Source: an uncultured beta proteobacterium (GTDB lineage Bacteria; Pseudomonadota; Gammaproteobacteria; Burkholderiales; SG8-41). Taken from it: a DNA stretch of 64,000 bases. Below are positions 42,504 through 53,230 of the stretch, piece by piece (positions within the stretch are counted from its first letter, which is position 1; each line of letters starts with the position of its first letter). Position numbers and translations under genes: made by a program. The DNA lies in assembly GCA_963804885.1 (NCBI GenBank), contig CAWDSF010000019.1, forward strand, positions 19,215 through 83,214, read 5' to 3'. The notes below the pieces were generated by a model. That model was not told the DNA's origin and did no database searches. It was given only the letters and a program-made list of their open reading frames with translations.

Positions 42504-42638
42504 CCGGCCCTCCGCCTTCCCCAGCCGCCATGGCGCCGACGCCGCAAGCGCAGCCGTCGCCGCCCGGCGCGCGCATCGGGCATAATCGTTGTAAAACGCT
42601 AGTGCGCGATACGTTACGGAAAGGCAAACGGCGATGCC

Positions 42639-42945
42639 ATGAAAGCGCCCTGCGATCAGCGCGGGAAGCGGCGGAAACGCTGGCGATTCAGGCGCTCACC
42701 TTCCTGGCCGAGCGACCCGGACCGGCTCGGCGCGCTTCCTCGCCGCGACCGGCATCGGGCCGGCCGAGATTCGCAAGGCCGCCGCGCGAGCCCGGCTTCC
42801 TGGCCGGCGTGCTCGACCATGTCGCTGGCCGACGAGCCGCTGCTGCTCGCGTTCGCCGACGCATGCCGAGGCATCGACCCGGCGACGGTCGAGCGCGGCG
42901 CGCGCAGGCGCTCGGCGGCGCGCCTGGGAGCGGGACGTGCCGTGA
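42639..42945 (+). pseudogene. DUF3572-like small protein; frame changes
   Basis: By hand across frames: ...[74 protein letters not shown]...WERDVP-TGA. Its TGA overlaps the dinB ATG. Confidence 0.6.
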
Positions 42946-44234
42946 TGCGCCGCGCTTCTGCCGCGACTGCCTCGCCGACGCCGCGCGCAGGCGACGCGCT
43001 GCCGCGGCCTGCGGCTCGCCGCGCCTGCTGCGCCACGCGCGAGCTCGACACGCTCGACCATCGCGCATGTCGATTGCGACGCGTTCTACGCCACGATCGA
43101 GAAGCGCGACGATCCCTCGCTCGCCGACAAGCCGCTGATCGTCGGCGGCGGCAAGCGCGGCGTCGTCGTCGACCGCCTGCTACGTCGCGCGCACCTACGG
43201 CGTGCACTCGGCGATGCCGATGTTCGAGGCGCGCGGCTCTGCCCGCACGCCGTCGTGCGTCCGGCCGAACATGGACGAAATACGTCGCGCGTCGGCCGCG
43301 AGGTGCGCAAGCTGATGCTCGAGCTGACGCCGCAGGTCGAGCCGCTCTCGATCGACGAGGCGTTCCTCGATCTGACCGGCACCGAGCGGCTGCACGGCAT
43401 GAGCGCCGGCCAAGGTCGCTGGCGCGCTTCGCCGCCGACGTCGAGCGCGAGCATCGGCATCACCGTCTCGATCGGGCTGTCCGGCCAACAAGTTCCTCGC
43501 CAAGATCGCCTCCGACCTCGACAAGCCGCGCGGCTTTGCGGTGCTCGGCAGCGACGAGGCGGCGGCATTCCTGCGCCGACAAGCCGGTCGGCTTCATCTA
43601 CGGCGTCGGCAAGGTCGAGCGCGGCGCGGCTCGCCAACGCGACGGCTTCCGCACTGATCGCCGACCTGCAGCGCGCCGACGAGCGCGACCTGATGCGCCG
43701 CTACGGCGTCGAAGGCCGCGGCCTGTGCGCGGCTCGCGCGCGGCATCGACGACCGCAAGGTCGATGCCGGAGCGCGAGACCAAGAGCGTGTCGGCCGAGA
43801 ACGACGTTCGAGCGCGACATCGCCGTCTTCCGGCCGCTGGAGAAGCTGCTCTGGGCGCTGACGGAGGAGGTGTCCGACGCGGCTGAAGGAGAAGGCGCTC
43901 GCCGGCTCGACCGTGACGCTGAAGCTCAAGACCGCCGACTTCCGCATCCGCACCCGCGCGCGCTCGCTCGGCGAGCCCGACGCAGCTCGCCGGACAAGAT
44001 CTTCGCCGCCGGCCGCGACCTGCTTGCGCGCGAGATCGACGGCACGCACTATCCGCCTGCTCGGCATCGGCGTCGAGCGCGCTGACCGACGGCCGAGGAG
44101 GCCGACCCCGCCGATCTGGTCGATCGCACGGCCGCGCGGCGCGCCGCCGCCGAGCACGCGATCGACCGGGTGCGCGGCCAGCTTCGGCCGACGAGGCCGT
44201 GGTCAAGGGGCTGGCGTTCGACGAGGAGGAATAA
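42945..44234 (+). pseudogene. dinB: DNA polymerase IV with an N-terminal CxxC...CxxC extension; many frame changes
   Basis: FCRDCLADAA...ACGSPRLLRH (ORF 42530-43138), then [76 protein letters not shown] (43255-44085), [36 protein letters not shown] (43913-44797). The end ...GLAFDEEE-TAA is at 44232-44234. Confidence 0.88.
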
Positions 44235-44269
44235 TCCTAGTCCGGGGCAGGCTTGTTCGGGATCATGGT

Positions 44270-45163
44270 CTACCGGTCCTCTTTGGCCCACGGGAACAGC
44301 ACGGCGGGGAAATCCGCCGCGTGGCGCGGACCCGCGGGGCGCGGCTGGTATTCCGGCCGCGGCGTCGGATCGGGCTCGACCACCTTGCGATAGAGGTGCC
44401 AGGTCGCGTGCCCCAGCACCGGCAGCACCACCGGCAGGCCGAGAAACATCGGCAGCGAGCCCAGAAACCAGCAACGCCGCGACGATCAAGCCCCACAGCG
44501 CCATGGTGCCCGGATTCTCCAGCACCGCGCGCACCGAGGTCGCCAGCGCGACCGCGGCGCCGACGTCGCGGTCGAGCAGCAGCGGAAACGACACCACGCT
44601 CAAGATCAGCGCGGCGACCGCGAACAGGAAGCCACGCCATTGCCGATGACGATCACGATCCATCCGGCTTGCGTCGTCAGGATGTCGTAGACGAATTGCC
44701 CGATCGAGGTCGGCGTCGCGTAGCCGAAGTTGGCCACGTAGATGGCATGCGCGGTCGCGACCCAGATCAGGAACAGCAGCATCAGCAGAACGCCTAAGGC
44801 CACGATCGCGCCGATCGAAGGCGAATGCAGCACATCGAGCGCGTCCGCGGCCGCCACCTCGACGCCGGCTTCGCGCCGGCGCGACAGCTCATAGAGGCCG
44901 ATGGCGGCGACCGGCCCGATCAATGCAAAGCCCGCGGCGAGCGGATAGAACCACGGCAACAGCGCATAGCCGAGCGTCAGCCCGGCGAGCATGATGCCGA
45001 TGATCGGATACATCACGCAAAGAAACACCGCGTGGCTGGGCATCGCGGAAAAATCCTGCCAACCCTTCTTGAGCGCGTCGATGAGATCGGCCGCGCCGAC
45101 GCGGCGGATCGAAAGGTGGTCAAGCCGGGTGGCAGCACCGATGAGAATGTGACCCTGGGCCAT
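44270..45163 (-). pseudogene. DUF2189-like polytopic membrane protein; two frame changes
   Basis: GAGGAGG upstream of ATG 45163. MAQGHILIGAATRLDHLSIRRVGAADLIDALKKGWQDFSAMPSHAVFLCVMYPIIG... (ORF 44606-45280), FLFAVAALILSVVSFPLLLDRDVGAAVALATSVRAVLENPGTMALWGLIVAALL (44049-44663). The end ...FPWAKEDR-TAG is at 44270-44272. Confidence 0.65.
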
Positions 45164-45413
45164 GGTCGTGCCTCCTCGAACCGTGAGCGGCTCAAACAGT
45201 CGCGGCACCGATATGACAACGCCGTAGCGACGGCTCGTGGTCACGTCGCGCTGCGACCAACGTGACGCAAATCCTAGCACCGACGACGAGCGTACCCGTT
45301 CACGATTGCGGGACCGTCCGGCGCGGGCGCGTCGGCGTCAACGCATTGCGCGCAGGCCGGTTCCAGGATGGCGTTTGACGCGGCGCGAGGAGCCGCCCTC
45401 ACGAGGAAGGTGT

Positions 45414-46402
45414 TCAGGACAGGGCCTTCACGGACAGGGCTTGACTGTCCTTGATCTCGAGTCGGGTCATCTCGCCGCTGACGACGAAATCGCCGTAGTC
45501 GAGCAGCAGCGCGCGCGACACGCCGTTCTCGTAGAGCTCGAAGGTGATGGAGTAGATCGGCAGTTGCTCACCGCCTCTCCTTGCTCCTTGTCGAAATAGC
45601 TGATCGTGACCGGCCAGCGCGTCAGCGACCAGCGCGAATGCCTGCTGGCTGGCAGCGTCGCTTCGGCACGTGCTCGTCCGGCGCGATCGCGTTGCCGATG
45701 ACGGTGAGCGTGTCGTAGATCTTCTCGCCGTTCTCGGAGCCGTCGTAGACCACAGCCTCGTAGCACGGTCTTGCCTTCGCGCGCGGCGGCGATGATGCGG
45801 CGCACGTGCTCGGTCGGAAACACCACCTCGACGGAATAATCGAACGACTTGTCGTACGGCTGGGTCAGCTTGACGCCATGCCGTTGTTCACGCCGCTCGG
45901 CCTGGCCGTCGACCGCGTCGCGCAGCGCTCGTCGAGGAAGTTCTGCGAATGGAAGCGCAACCGCTTCGCCGCTGCCCTCCTCCCAGGTGGTCGCGCGCAG
46001 ATCGCTGAGCGAAACCTTGCCCTCGCCGCTGTCGAGCTCGCGACACCTGCCGGAATTGCAGCGCGTAGCCCTCGCACGGGCTGCCCGAGAAATCGTAGAG
46101 AATGCGGCCGCTGCACCGCGCTCATCGGCCTCTTGCCGCGCGTACTGGGCGAGCTTGAGATCGTAGACCGCCCGGTGCGAGGCGAGCAGCGACCGCGCTG
46201 CCCTGCGCCAGAGCCGGCTGGCGGCGAAGCCGCGGCGAACAGGCTGGGCCAGCACATCGCAAGAAAGGCGGGCGCAATTCACGAGAATTTCCTCAAGTCG
46301 CCCGGCGGCGACCTTACGGGGCCGCGTATCCGCCGCAACGCGCGGCGCTGCCAGCGGCGCGATCGGCTTGCCAATGCCCATGCCGCCAAACAAGCCGGTC
46401 AT
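45414..46402 (-). pseudogene. EipB-like (DUF1849) cell-envelope integrity protein; many frame changes, 5' end uncertain
   Basis: ...SHRAVYDLKLA..., ELDSGEGKVSLSDLRATTWEEGSG, VKLTQPYDKSFDYSVEVVFPTEHVRRIIAAAREGKTVL (ORF 45467-46519). The end YSITFELYENGVSRALLLDYGDFVVSGEMTRLEIKDSQALSVKALS-TGA at 45414-45416 is by hand translation. Confidence 0.7.
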
Positions 46403-46508
46403 GAGCGTGCTGGATGCGATCTCATGGCGCAGCGGGCGTTCTACGGCGATAGTGAGCGTTGAAGACGGACGCGCGCCACCGATATGGCGGCTGGTCAAGG
46501 AGAACAGC

Positions 46509-46979
46509 ATGGCCGGCAACAGTTGAAAAGAAGCTCGCGGATCTCGGGATCAAACTGCCGACCCCGGCTGCGCCGGTCGCGAATTACGTGCCTTTCGTGC
46601 GCACCGGCAAGCTTCTGGTGGTTTCGGGCCAGCTTTGCTTCGACATCGAAGGCAAGCTGGTCGCCAAGGGCCAGCTTGGCGGCGGCGTCTCGATCGAGGA
46701 CGGCGCCAAGGCGGCGCATGCCTGCGCCATCAACCTGCTGGCGCAGCTCAAGAGCCGCGCTGGGCGATCTCGACAAGGTGGCCCGCGTGGTGCGGCTCGG
46801 CGGCTTCATCAATTCGGCGCCGGGCTTCGCCGATGGCCCCAAGGTGATGAACGGCGCGTCCGACCTGATGGTCACGGCGTTCGGCGACAAGGGCCGCCAC
46901 GCCCGCACCACCATCGGCGTGTCGCGCTGCCGCTCGATGCCGCTGTCGAGGTCGAGGGCGCGTTCGAAGTGTCAACTAG
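46509..46979 (+). pseudogene. RidA/YjgF family protein; frame changes, 3' end approximate
   Basis: AAGGAG upstream of ATG 46509. TVEKKLADLGIKLPTPAAPVANYVPFVRTGKLLVVSGQLCFD...GGGVSIEDGAKAAHACAINLLAQLK (ORF 46459-47010), LGDLDKVARVVRLGGFINSAPGFADGPKVMNGASDLMVTAFGDKGRHARTTIGVS (46484-47320), LPLDAAVEVEGAFEV. Confidence 0.8.
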
Positions 46980-46994
46980 GGCGCTGGACGTATC

Positions 46995-47737
46995 ATGCCG
47001 GACTGGCTGACCGCGCGACCGGTCGCACATCGCGGGCCTGCACGACGCCGCCGAACGGCGTGATCGAAAACACGCCGTCCGCCTTCGAAGCCGCGATCGC
47101 CGGCAACTATGCGATCGAGTGCGATCTCCAGATCAGCGCCGACGGCGAGGCGATGGTCCACCACGACGATGCGCTCGGCCGCCTCACCGACGGCACCGGC
47201 CGCCTCGACGCGATGCCTGCGGCGGAACTCAAGCGGGTCGCGTTCAAGGCCACCAAGGACCGCATGCTCGACGCTCGGCGAGCTATGCGCGCTGGTGGCG
47301 GGCGCGCGCCACGCTGGTGATCGAGTTGAAGAGCCGGTTTGATGGCGACCTGCGCCTGCCGCAGCGCGCCGCGGACGGTGCTCGCAGGACTACAAGGGTC
47401 CGGTCGCGGTGATGTCGTTCGATCCAGGCCAGATTACGGCACTTCGCGACGTCGCACCCGGCGCTGCTGCGCGGGCTCGTCGGATGCGGCCGGACCGCAC
47501 GCCGCGAACGCAGTTTCACGACCGGGGCCGGCGCAAAGTTCGTGCTGCAGGCCCTCGCATCGCGGCTGCAATTCCTGGCCTATCGGGTGTCGGACTTGCC
47601 TTCGCCGGTGCCGCGGCTGTCGCGCGCAACGTGCTCGGCCTGCCACTGCTGACCTGGACGGTGCGCACGCCGGATGACCGAAGCGCCGCGCCGCCCGGCA
47701 CGCCGACCAGATGATTTTCGAGGGCTTCCGGCCCTGA
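46995..47737 (+). pseudogene. Glycerophosphodiester phosphodiesterase family protein; frame changes
   Basis: MPDWLTARPVAHRG.LHD...NGVIENTPSAFEAAIAGNYAIECDLQISADGEAMVHHDDALGRLTDGTG (ORF 46484-47320), ATLVIELKSRFDGDL (47119-47412), VMSFDPGQI (47409-47714). The end ...ADQMIFEGFRP-TGA is at 47735-47737. Confidence 0.8.
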
Positions 47738-47808
47738 TGAGCCCGATTTAACGAAACTACGAGGCGGCGCACGGCGTTGCCGTTGCGAACCATCACGGAG
47801 TTTGACCC

Positions 47809-48309
47809 ATGCGACTGTCCATCGCCGTTGCCGCCGGCATCGTGGCCCTCAGCGCTGCTTCCTGTCCCGCCCATGCCGGCCAGACCGACCGCGTCGGCGG
47901 CGCTCAGGCTTACGAGCACCAGGAGGTTTCGGCCGCCAAGCGCAAGACAAGCGCGTGCGAGGCTATCAAGCCTATGGCAGCAGCCAGCAGCAGATCGCCT
48001 GCACCTATCGTCGGCTGCAACCCGATCCCGCGCGGCTGCCGGATCGTGACCGGACGCATCCCTATCACCTGGCATCGCAGCGACGCGGTCTGCCAATCCG
48101 CGATCTCCCGCACCACTCGGCTGTCATGCCGTGTACGCCGGGAGCGTCATCGGCTGGCGCGGCAGTCGCCGGAACCGGCTTCGACAGACGCCTCATGCGT
48201 CTGCCAGAGCAGCGCCGCGGCCGCCAATTGCTGCTGCGGACCGCGCCGCGGAACGGCTAGCACCATGGCGAGCTGCCGGACCGTCCGGAGGTCTACGCCG
48301 CTTCGATAG
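47809..48309 (+). CDS. Hypothetical exported Cys-containing protein (possibly frameshifted)
   Basis: ORF 47809-48309 begins with a plausible signal peptide, MRLSIAVAAGIVALSAASCPAHA. The rest is not recognisable, and an overlapping frame (47802-48260) is equally open. Confidence 0.35.
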   Translation: MRLSIAVAAGIVALSAASCPAHAGQTDRVGGAQAYEHQEVSAAKRKTSACEAIKPMAAASSRSPAPIVGCNPIPRGCRIVTGRIPITWHRSDAVCQSAISRTTRLSCRVRRERHRLARQSPEPASTDASCVCQSSAAAANCCCGPRRGTASTMASCRTVRRSTPLR

Positions 48310-48314
48310 ACGCA

Positions 48315-49544
48315 ATGAGCCAACCTGAACTGCGGCTGCGCGTGATCCCGACCATCGCCGAGGTGGCCGCGGAAGCATGGGATGCCTGCGCCAATCCGGC
48401 CGTTCCGGACAAGCCGAAACTAAACTCTCAAGACTACCGCGTATAACCCATTTCATTTCATACGACTTTCTTTATGCCTTGGAGGCGTCCGGCTCGGCCA
48501 CCGCGCGGACCGGCTGGCAGCCCCAGCACCTGCTCGCCGAAAGCCCCGGACGGCGACGCTGCTCGGCGCCGTGCCCTGCTATCTGAAATCGCATTCGCAC
48601 GGCGAGTACGTGTTCGACCGCGGCTGGGCCGAGGCCTACGAGCGCGCCGGCGGCAAGTACTACCCGAAGCTGCAGGTCTCGGTGCCGTTCACGCCGGCGA
48701 CCGGCCGACGTCTGCTGGTGCGGCCAGGCGCGCAACGCAGACGCGGTGCAGCGCCGCGTCTGACCGCCGGCCTTGATCGAACTCGTGCCGGCGGCACGAG
48801 GCCTCATCCGTCCACGTCACCTTCATGCCGGAGCAGGAATGCGACTTCCTCGGCCGCGACAGGGTTTCCTGCGAGCGCACCGACCAGCAGTTCCACTGGG
48901 AGAACGACGGCTACGCCACCTTCGACGCTTTCCTCGAGGCGCTCTCGTCGCGCAAGCGCAAGACCATCCGCGCGAGCGCCGCGACGGCGCTCGGCGCACG
49001 GCATCACGGTGCACTGGCTGACCGGCAGCGACCTGACCGAAGACGTCTGGGATGCGTTCTTCGAGTTCTACATGGAGACCGGCTCGCGCAAATGGGGCCG
49101 GCCCTATCTCACCCGCGCAGTTCTATTCGCTGATCGGCCAGACGCATGGCCGACCGCATCGTGCTGATCATGGCGAAGCGCGCCGGGCGCTGGATCGCCG
49201 GCGCCATCAACTTCATCGGCTCGGACGCGCTCTACGGCCGCCACTGGGGCGCGATCGAGCACCACCCGTTCCTGCATTTCGAGATCTGCTACTACCAGGC
49301 CATCGAGTTCGCGATCGCGAACAAGCTCGCGCGCGTCGAGGCCGGCGCCCAGGGCGAGCACAAGCTGGCGCGCGGCTACCTGCCGGTCACCACCCATTCG
49401 GCCCATTACATCGCCGATCCGGGCCTGCGGCGGGCGATCGCCGACTACCTCGCGCGCGAGCGCGCCTATGTGGAGGCGGCCGGCGAGGAGCTTGCAGCGG
49501 CCGCCCCGTTCCGCAAGGATTTGGCCGACCAGGAACAGGATTGA
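48315..49544 (+). pseudogene. GNAT-fold, FemAB-like (DUF482) N-acetyltransferase family protein; frame changes in the first two thirds
   Basis: MSQPELRLRVIPTIAEVAAEAWDACANP (ATG 48315), FISYDFLYALEASGSATARTGWQPQHLL (48377-48586), CYLKSHSHGEYVFDRGWAEAYERAGGKYYPKLQVSVPFTPATG (48571-49167), and a clean tail MADRIVLIMAKRAGRWIAGAINF...HFEICYYQAIEFAI...GAQGEHKLARGY (49146-49544). Confidence 0.75.
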
Positions 49545-49555
49545 GTGCTGGGAGA

Positions 49556-49981
49556 ATGCCGATGCCGAGCTACGACCCCAACAACATCTTCGCGAAAATC
49601 CTGCGCGGCGAACTGCCGTGTCACAAGGTCTACGAGGACGACAAGGTGCTCGCCTTCCTCGACATCATGCCGCGCGCGCCCGGCCATACGCTGGTGCTGC
49701 CGAAGGCGCCCGCCCGCAACCTACTCGACGTTCAGCCCGACGACCTCGCCGCCGTCGCCAAGATCGCGCAGAAGGTCGCCAAGGCCGGGATGAAGGTGTT
49801 CGGCGCCGACGGCGTCACGGTGCAGCAGTTCAACGAGAACGCCGGCGGCCAGGTGGTGTTCCACCTCCACGTCCACGTCATTCCGCGCAAGGCCGGCGTG
49901 CCGATGAAGCCGCCCGCGAGCGAGAAGGAAAAGCCCGATGTGCTGGCCGACCACGCGCTGAAGCTCGCGGCGGCGTTCTGA
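49556..49981 (+). CDS. HIT family (histidine triad) protein
   Basis: Intact. MPMPSYDPNNIFAKILRGELPCHKVYEDDKVLAFLDIMPRAPGHTLVLPK ... histidine triad VFHLHVHVIP. Confidence 0.9.
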   Translation: MPMPSYDPNNIFAKILRGELPCHKVYEDDKVLAFLDIMPRAPGHTLVLPKAPARNLLDVQPDDLAAVAKIAQKVAKAGMKVFGADGVTVQQFNENAGGQVVFHLHVHVIPRKAGVPMKPPASEKEKPDVLADHALKLAAAF

Positions 49982-49993
49982 AGGTGCAGTGGT

Positions 49994-50346
49994 TTAAGGC
50001 CCGAACCACCAGGCGCCGGCGAGAAACAGCACTTCGCCGACCAGCACACCGACAAACACCGAGCGGCGCGCCGACCAGGAAAGCGACAAAGCCGAGCGCT
50101 GCGGCGCCAATCCGCACGGACAGCGGGATCGCGGCCAGCGCGCCGCCGGTGGTCGATGATCGAGCTGCGCCATCACGCCCGCCAGCATCGCGGTCGCCAC
50201 CGCCCTCACCCAAACGATGATCTGCGAGTCCTCGTCGAGGCCGCGCACCAGCACCAGGCCGAGCACGCGCCACACCTCGTTCGGCAGGAAGCCGACCAGG
50301 ATGAGCGCCAGATAGGGCCCGATCTCGGCGAAGCGTCATCGCTCAT
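49994..50346 (-). pseudogene. azlD: AzlD-like branched-chain amino acid transport protein, copy 1; frame changes
   Basis: The ATG at 50344-50346 overlaps the azlC stop (ATGA). ...GPYLALILVGFLPNEVWRVLGLVLVRGLDEDSQIIVWVRAVATAMLAGV (ORF 49994-50275 plus hand translation). Confidence 0.7.
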
Positions 50347-51077
50347 CGCCTCCGCGCAGCCGGTGGACCAGCATAGGCAATGCGAGCCGGCGATCAGGCC
50401 GGTCCACATCAGGTCGAGGCCGACCTTCTGCGCGGCCAGCAGCGGGCCGATCACGAGGCCGAGCCCGAACGCCAGCTGGTCGATCAGCGTGCGGTTGTTG
50501 CGCGCCGACGACATCAGGATCGCCATCGGCGTGAAGAACAGGAGCGTGGCCGCGAGCAGCGGCGGCAGCTCGGCCGCCAGATGAATAGCCGATCACGCTG
50601 CCGACCACCGCGGCCGACAGCAGGCCCGTACCCAAGCCGTTGTAAAACGGCACGCGCTCGACGCGCGGCAGCTGCGGCACCAGCCGCATGCCCTCGACCC
50701 AGACGCTGATCGCGGTCAGATGCGACGGCAGCAGCAGGTCGACCTGCCGCGTGCGCTCCGGCGCTTCAGCACCGGCACCAGTGCCGCCACCATCGGCAGG
50801 AAGCGCACGCTCGACAGGCCGACAGCAATCGCGACTTCGAGCAGCGTGGCGGTGGTCAACGTCGAGATCAGGATGACCTGCGCGGGCGCGGCCCAGATCA
50901 GCAGCGTCGAGAGCATCATCCACGGCAGGCTGAAGCCGAACTCATAGGCCAGCGCGCCGATGCCGATGTAATTGCCGAGCAGCACATAGACGAACACCGA
51001 GCGCCACGCCGCGGCAAATCCGTCGAGGAAGGCCGCGCGTGTTGTGGCGGCGGATGGTCGGAAGCCGGCTCGGACAT
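50343..51077 (-). pseudogene. azlC: AzlC-like branched-chain amino acid transport protein, copy 1; frame changes
   Basis: AAFLDGFAAAWRSVFVYVLLGNYIGIGALAYEFGFSLPWMMLSTLLIWAAPAQVILISTL...GLSSVRFLPMVAALVPVL (ORF 50716-51396), QLAFGLGLVIGPLLAAQKVGLDLMWTGLIAGS (50206-50526). Confidence 0.75.
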
Positions 51078-51116
51078 CGGCCCAAGCTGTCCCACAGGAC
51101 GGCCGCAACGCGCAAG

Positions 51117-51458
51117 CTAGGGGATGAACGCCGCCGCGCCTGCGATCAGTACGGTCTCTCCGACCAGTGACGCCGGCGAACGCTGAACGGCGGATCAACA
51201 GGAATGCCAAAAATCCCGAAGCCAAGCGCTGCGAGCCGCACCTCGACAGCGGACCGCCGCGAGCGCGCCCGGCGGGAACAGCATGATGCGCGCCACCACG
51301 GCGGCGACCAGCGCGGTCGCCACTGCCCTCACCCACAGGATGATCTCGGAATTCTCGTCGATGCCGCGGCCCAACAGAATGCCAAGCCATCGCCACACCT
51401 CACTGGGCAGGAAGCCGATCAGCAGCAGCGCGAGATAAGGCTCCATCGGAATGTTCAT
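51117..51458 (-). pseudogene. azlD: AzlD-like protein, copy 2; frame changes, 3' end approximate
   Basis: MNIPMEPYLALLLIGFLPSEVWRWLGILLGRGIDENSEIILWVRAVATALVAAVVARIMLFPPGALAAV (ORF 51195-51791). The ATG overlaps the upstream azlC stop (ATGA). Confidence 0.7.
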
Positions 51459-52227
51459 GACGCGGCCTTCCAGCGGCGCTGCAAGCGGTGCGCCCGTAGG
51501 CCAGCGTGCCGCCGATGATGCCGGTCCACAGCAGGTCGAACTCGATCTTGCTGAAGGCCAACACCGGCCCGATCGTGATGCCGAGCCCCAAGCGAGCTTG
51601 TCGAGTAGCAGCCGTGCATTGCGCGCGCCGACGCCAGGAACGAGATCGGTGTGATGAACATCGCGCCGGCGGCAAACACCGCCGGCAGCAGCGCCTGAAT
51701 CCCGTAGCCCGATCGCGGAAAAGACAACGCCGATGCTCAGCAGCGTCAGCCGAACGCCGTTGCAGAACGCAATGCGCTGGTCGCGCGCCAAGCCGGGGCC
51801 GTGCGCATCGACTCGATCCAGACACTGACCGCCATGAAGTGCACCGGGATGAGCAATTGCCAGGTCCGGGTGGCTCCGGCCTCACCATCGGGATCAGCGC
51901 GACCACGATCGGCAGCAGCCGCACGCTCGACAGCTCACCGCGACCGCCGTCTCGATCAACGCCGAGCCGGGCGCCGATCCCGGTCACCAGGATGACCTGC
52001 GCGGGCCCGGCCCACTGCATCGCGGTCGAGAGCATCGCCCAGCTCATCGACAGGCCGTAGTCGTGGCACAGCGCGCCGAAGCCGATGTAGGTGAAGGCGA
52101 TGACGAAGCTGAACACCGAGGTCAATGCGATGCGCACGCCGAGCCGGAAGCCGCCGGACGGGCTCGTGGCCGGGAGCTGCGGCGCATCGACATGGCCTTT
52201 CGTCACACGGCGGCATGATGCGCGCAA
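51455..52227 (-). pseudogene. azlC: AzlC-like protein, copy 2; frame changes, 5' end uncertain
   Basis: GFRLGVRIALTSVFSFVIAFTYIGFGALCHDYGLSMSWAMLSTAMQWAGPAQVILVTG...SSVRLLPIVVALIPMV and LGLGITIGPVLAFSKIEFDLLWTGIIGGTLAYG (ORF 51400-52227). The end ...RRWKAAS-TGA is in ORF 51455-51727. Confidence 0.75.
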
Positions 52228-52372
52228 CCGCCGCGCGGCACATGCGCGTGCGGCATTCCTCGACCGAAGGTCGCCCGAGCCTACGCGCGGAAATGGAGCG
52301 GCGATGGCCGTCCGGCGAGCATCACTCGCCGTTCAGTTGCCGCTCCAAAATCATGCTCCGAGGCCGTGACGT

Positions 52373-53230
52373 TCAGGCCGCGTCGCGGCTTGGCTCGGCG
52401 GTTTGGCCGATGACCGCCGCGTCTTCCAGCTGCATGGCGTTGATCAGGTTTTCCACCTCCTGGCGGGCCGTCACATGGGACAGCGTCGGACGCGTCCCGA
52501 GCGTGGTCTCATCCAGGTCGTCGAACGCCGTCAGACCGCGCGGGTAGAACTCGCGGAAGATCACGCGCTCCGCCAAACCATCGATGAAGCGGAACTTCAG
52601 GGTCTGCGACAGCTCCTGAAGCCCCTCGCCGACCAGCCGCTTGTTGCGCGAACCCAGCATGGAAAGCCGGTTCCGCAACACGATCCAATCGGTCGGGGGA
52701 TCACCGGACTGCAGGCGCTGCTGCAGCGCCGCCGCGACGGCATTCGGCGTAGTGGCTCGGGCCGGTGACGCCGAAGGTCTCGGGTCGACGGTGCCGAGCA
52801 CGTCGAAGTCGACGAAGCTGTCGTTCAGCGGCGTAATCAAGGTGTCGGCCATGGTATGCGCCAACCGCATCAAAGAATTGTCGTGGCCGGGCGTGTCGAT
52901 GACCAGGAAGTCGTGGCTGTGCGCCAAGTCGTCCAGGGTCTCGGCCAAGGCCTTCGCCGCCGCGGCATCGTCGCCGCGATTGATCACTGCATCGAGGCTG
53001 AGATGGTCGGGCGTTTCGAGCTCGCGACCGCGACGCTGCGCCCAGGCGCGCCGGTTCTCGATATAGGTGGTGAAGCTTCGTTGCCGGGCATCGAGATCGA
53101 GGCTTGCGACGCGCTGCCCAGCCTTGATCAACGCGACCGCGACATGCATTGCCACCGTCGACTTGCCCGATCCGCCTTTTTCGTTACCCAGCACAATTAC
53201 GCGTAGCCGCCGCGCCCGAGTTCCCGCCAT
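52373..53230 (-). CDS. MipZ-family ParA-like ATPase (second copy); the ORF is open but holds a short garbled stretch
   Basis: 285-aa ORF. VIVLGNEKGGSGKSTVAMHVAVAL (deviant Walker A), VIDTPGHDNSLMRLAHTMADTLITPLNDSFVDFDVLGTVDP, WIVLRNRLSMLGSRNKRLVGEGL. It is collinear with the copy at 62688-63610. Residues 151-168 are out of frame (see findings). Confidence 0.85.
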   Translation of the reverse strand: MAGTRARRLRVIVLGNEKGGSGKSTVAMHVAVALIKAGQRVASLDLDARQRSFTTYIENRRAWAQRRGRELETPDHLSLDAVINRGDDAAAAKALAETLDDLAHSHDFLVIDTPGHDNSLMRLAHTMADTLITPLNDSFVDFDVLGTVDPRPSASPARATTPNAVAAALQQRLQSGDPPTDWIVLRNRLSMLGSRNKRLVGEGLQELSQTLKFRFIDGLAERVIFREFYPRGLTAFDDLDETTLGTRPTLSHVTARQEVENLINAMQLEDAAVIGQTAEPSRDAA

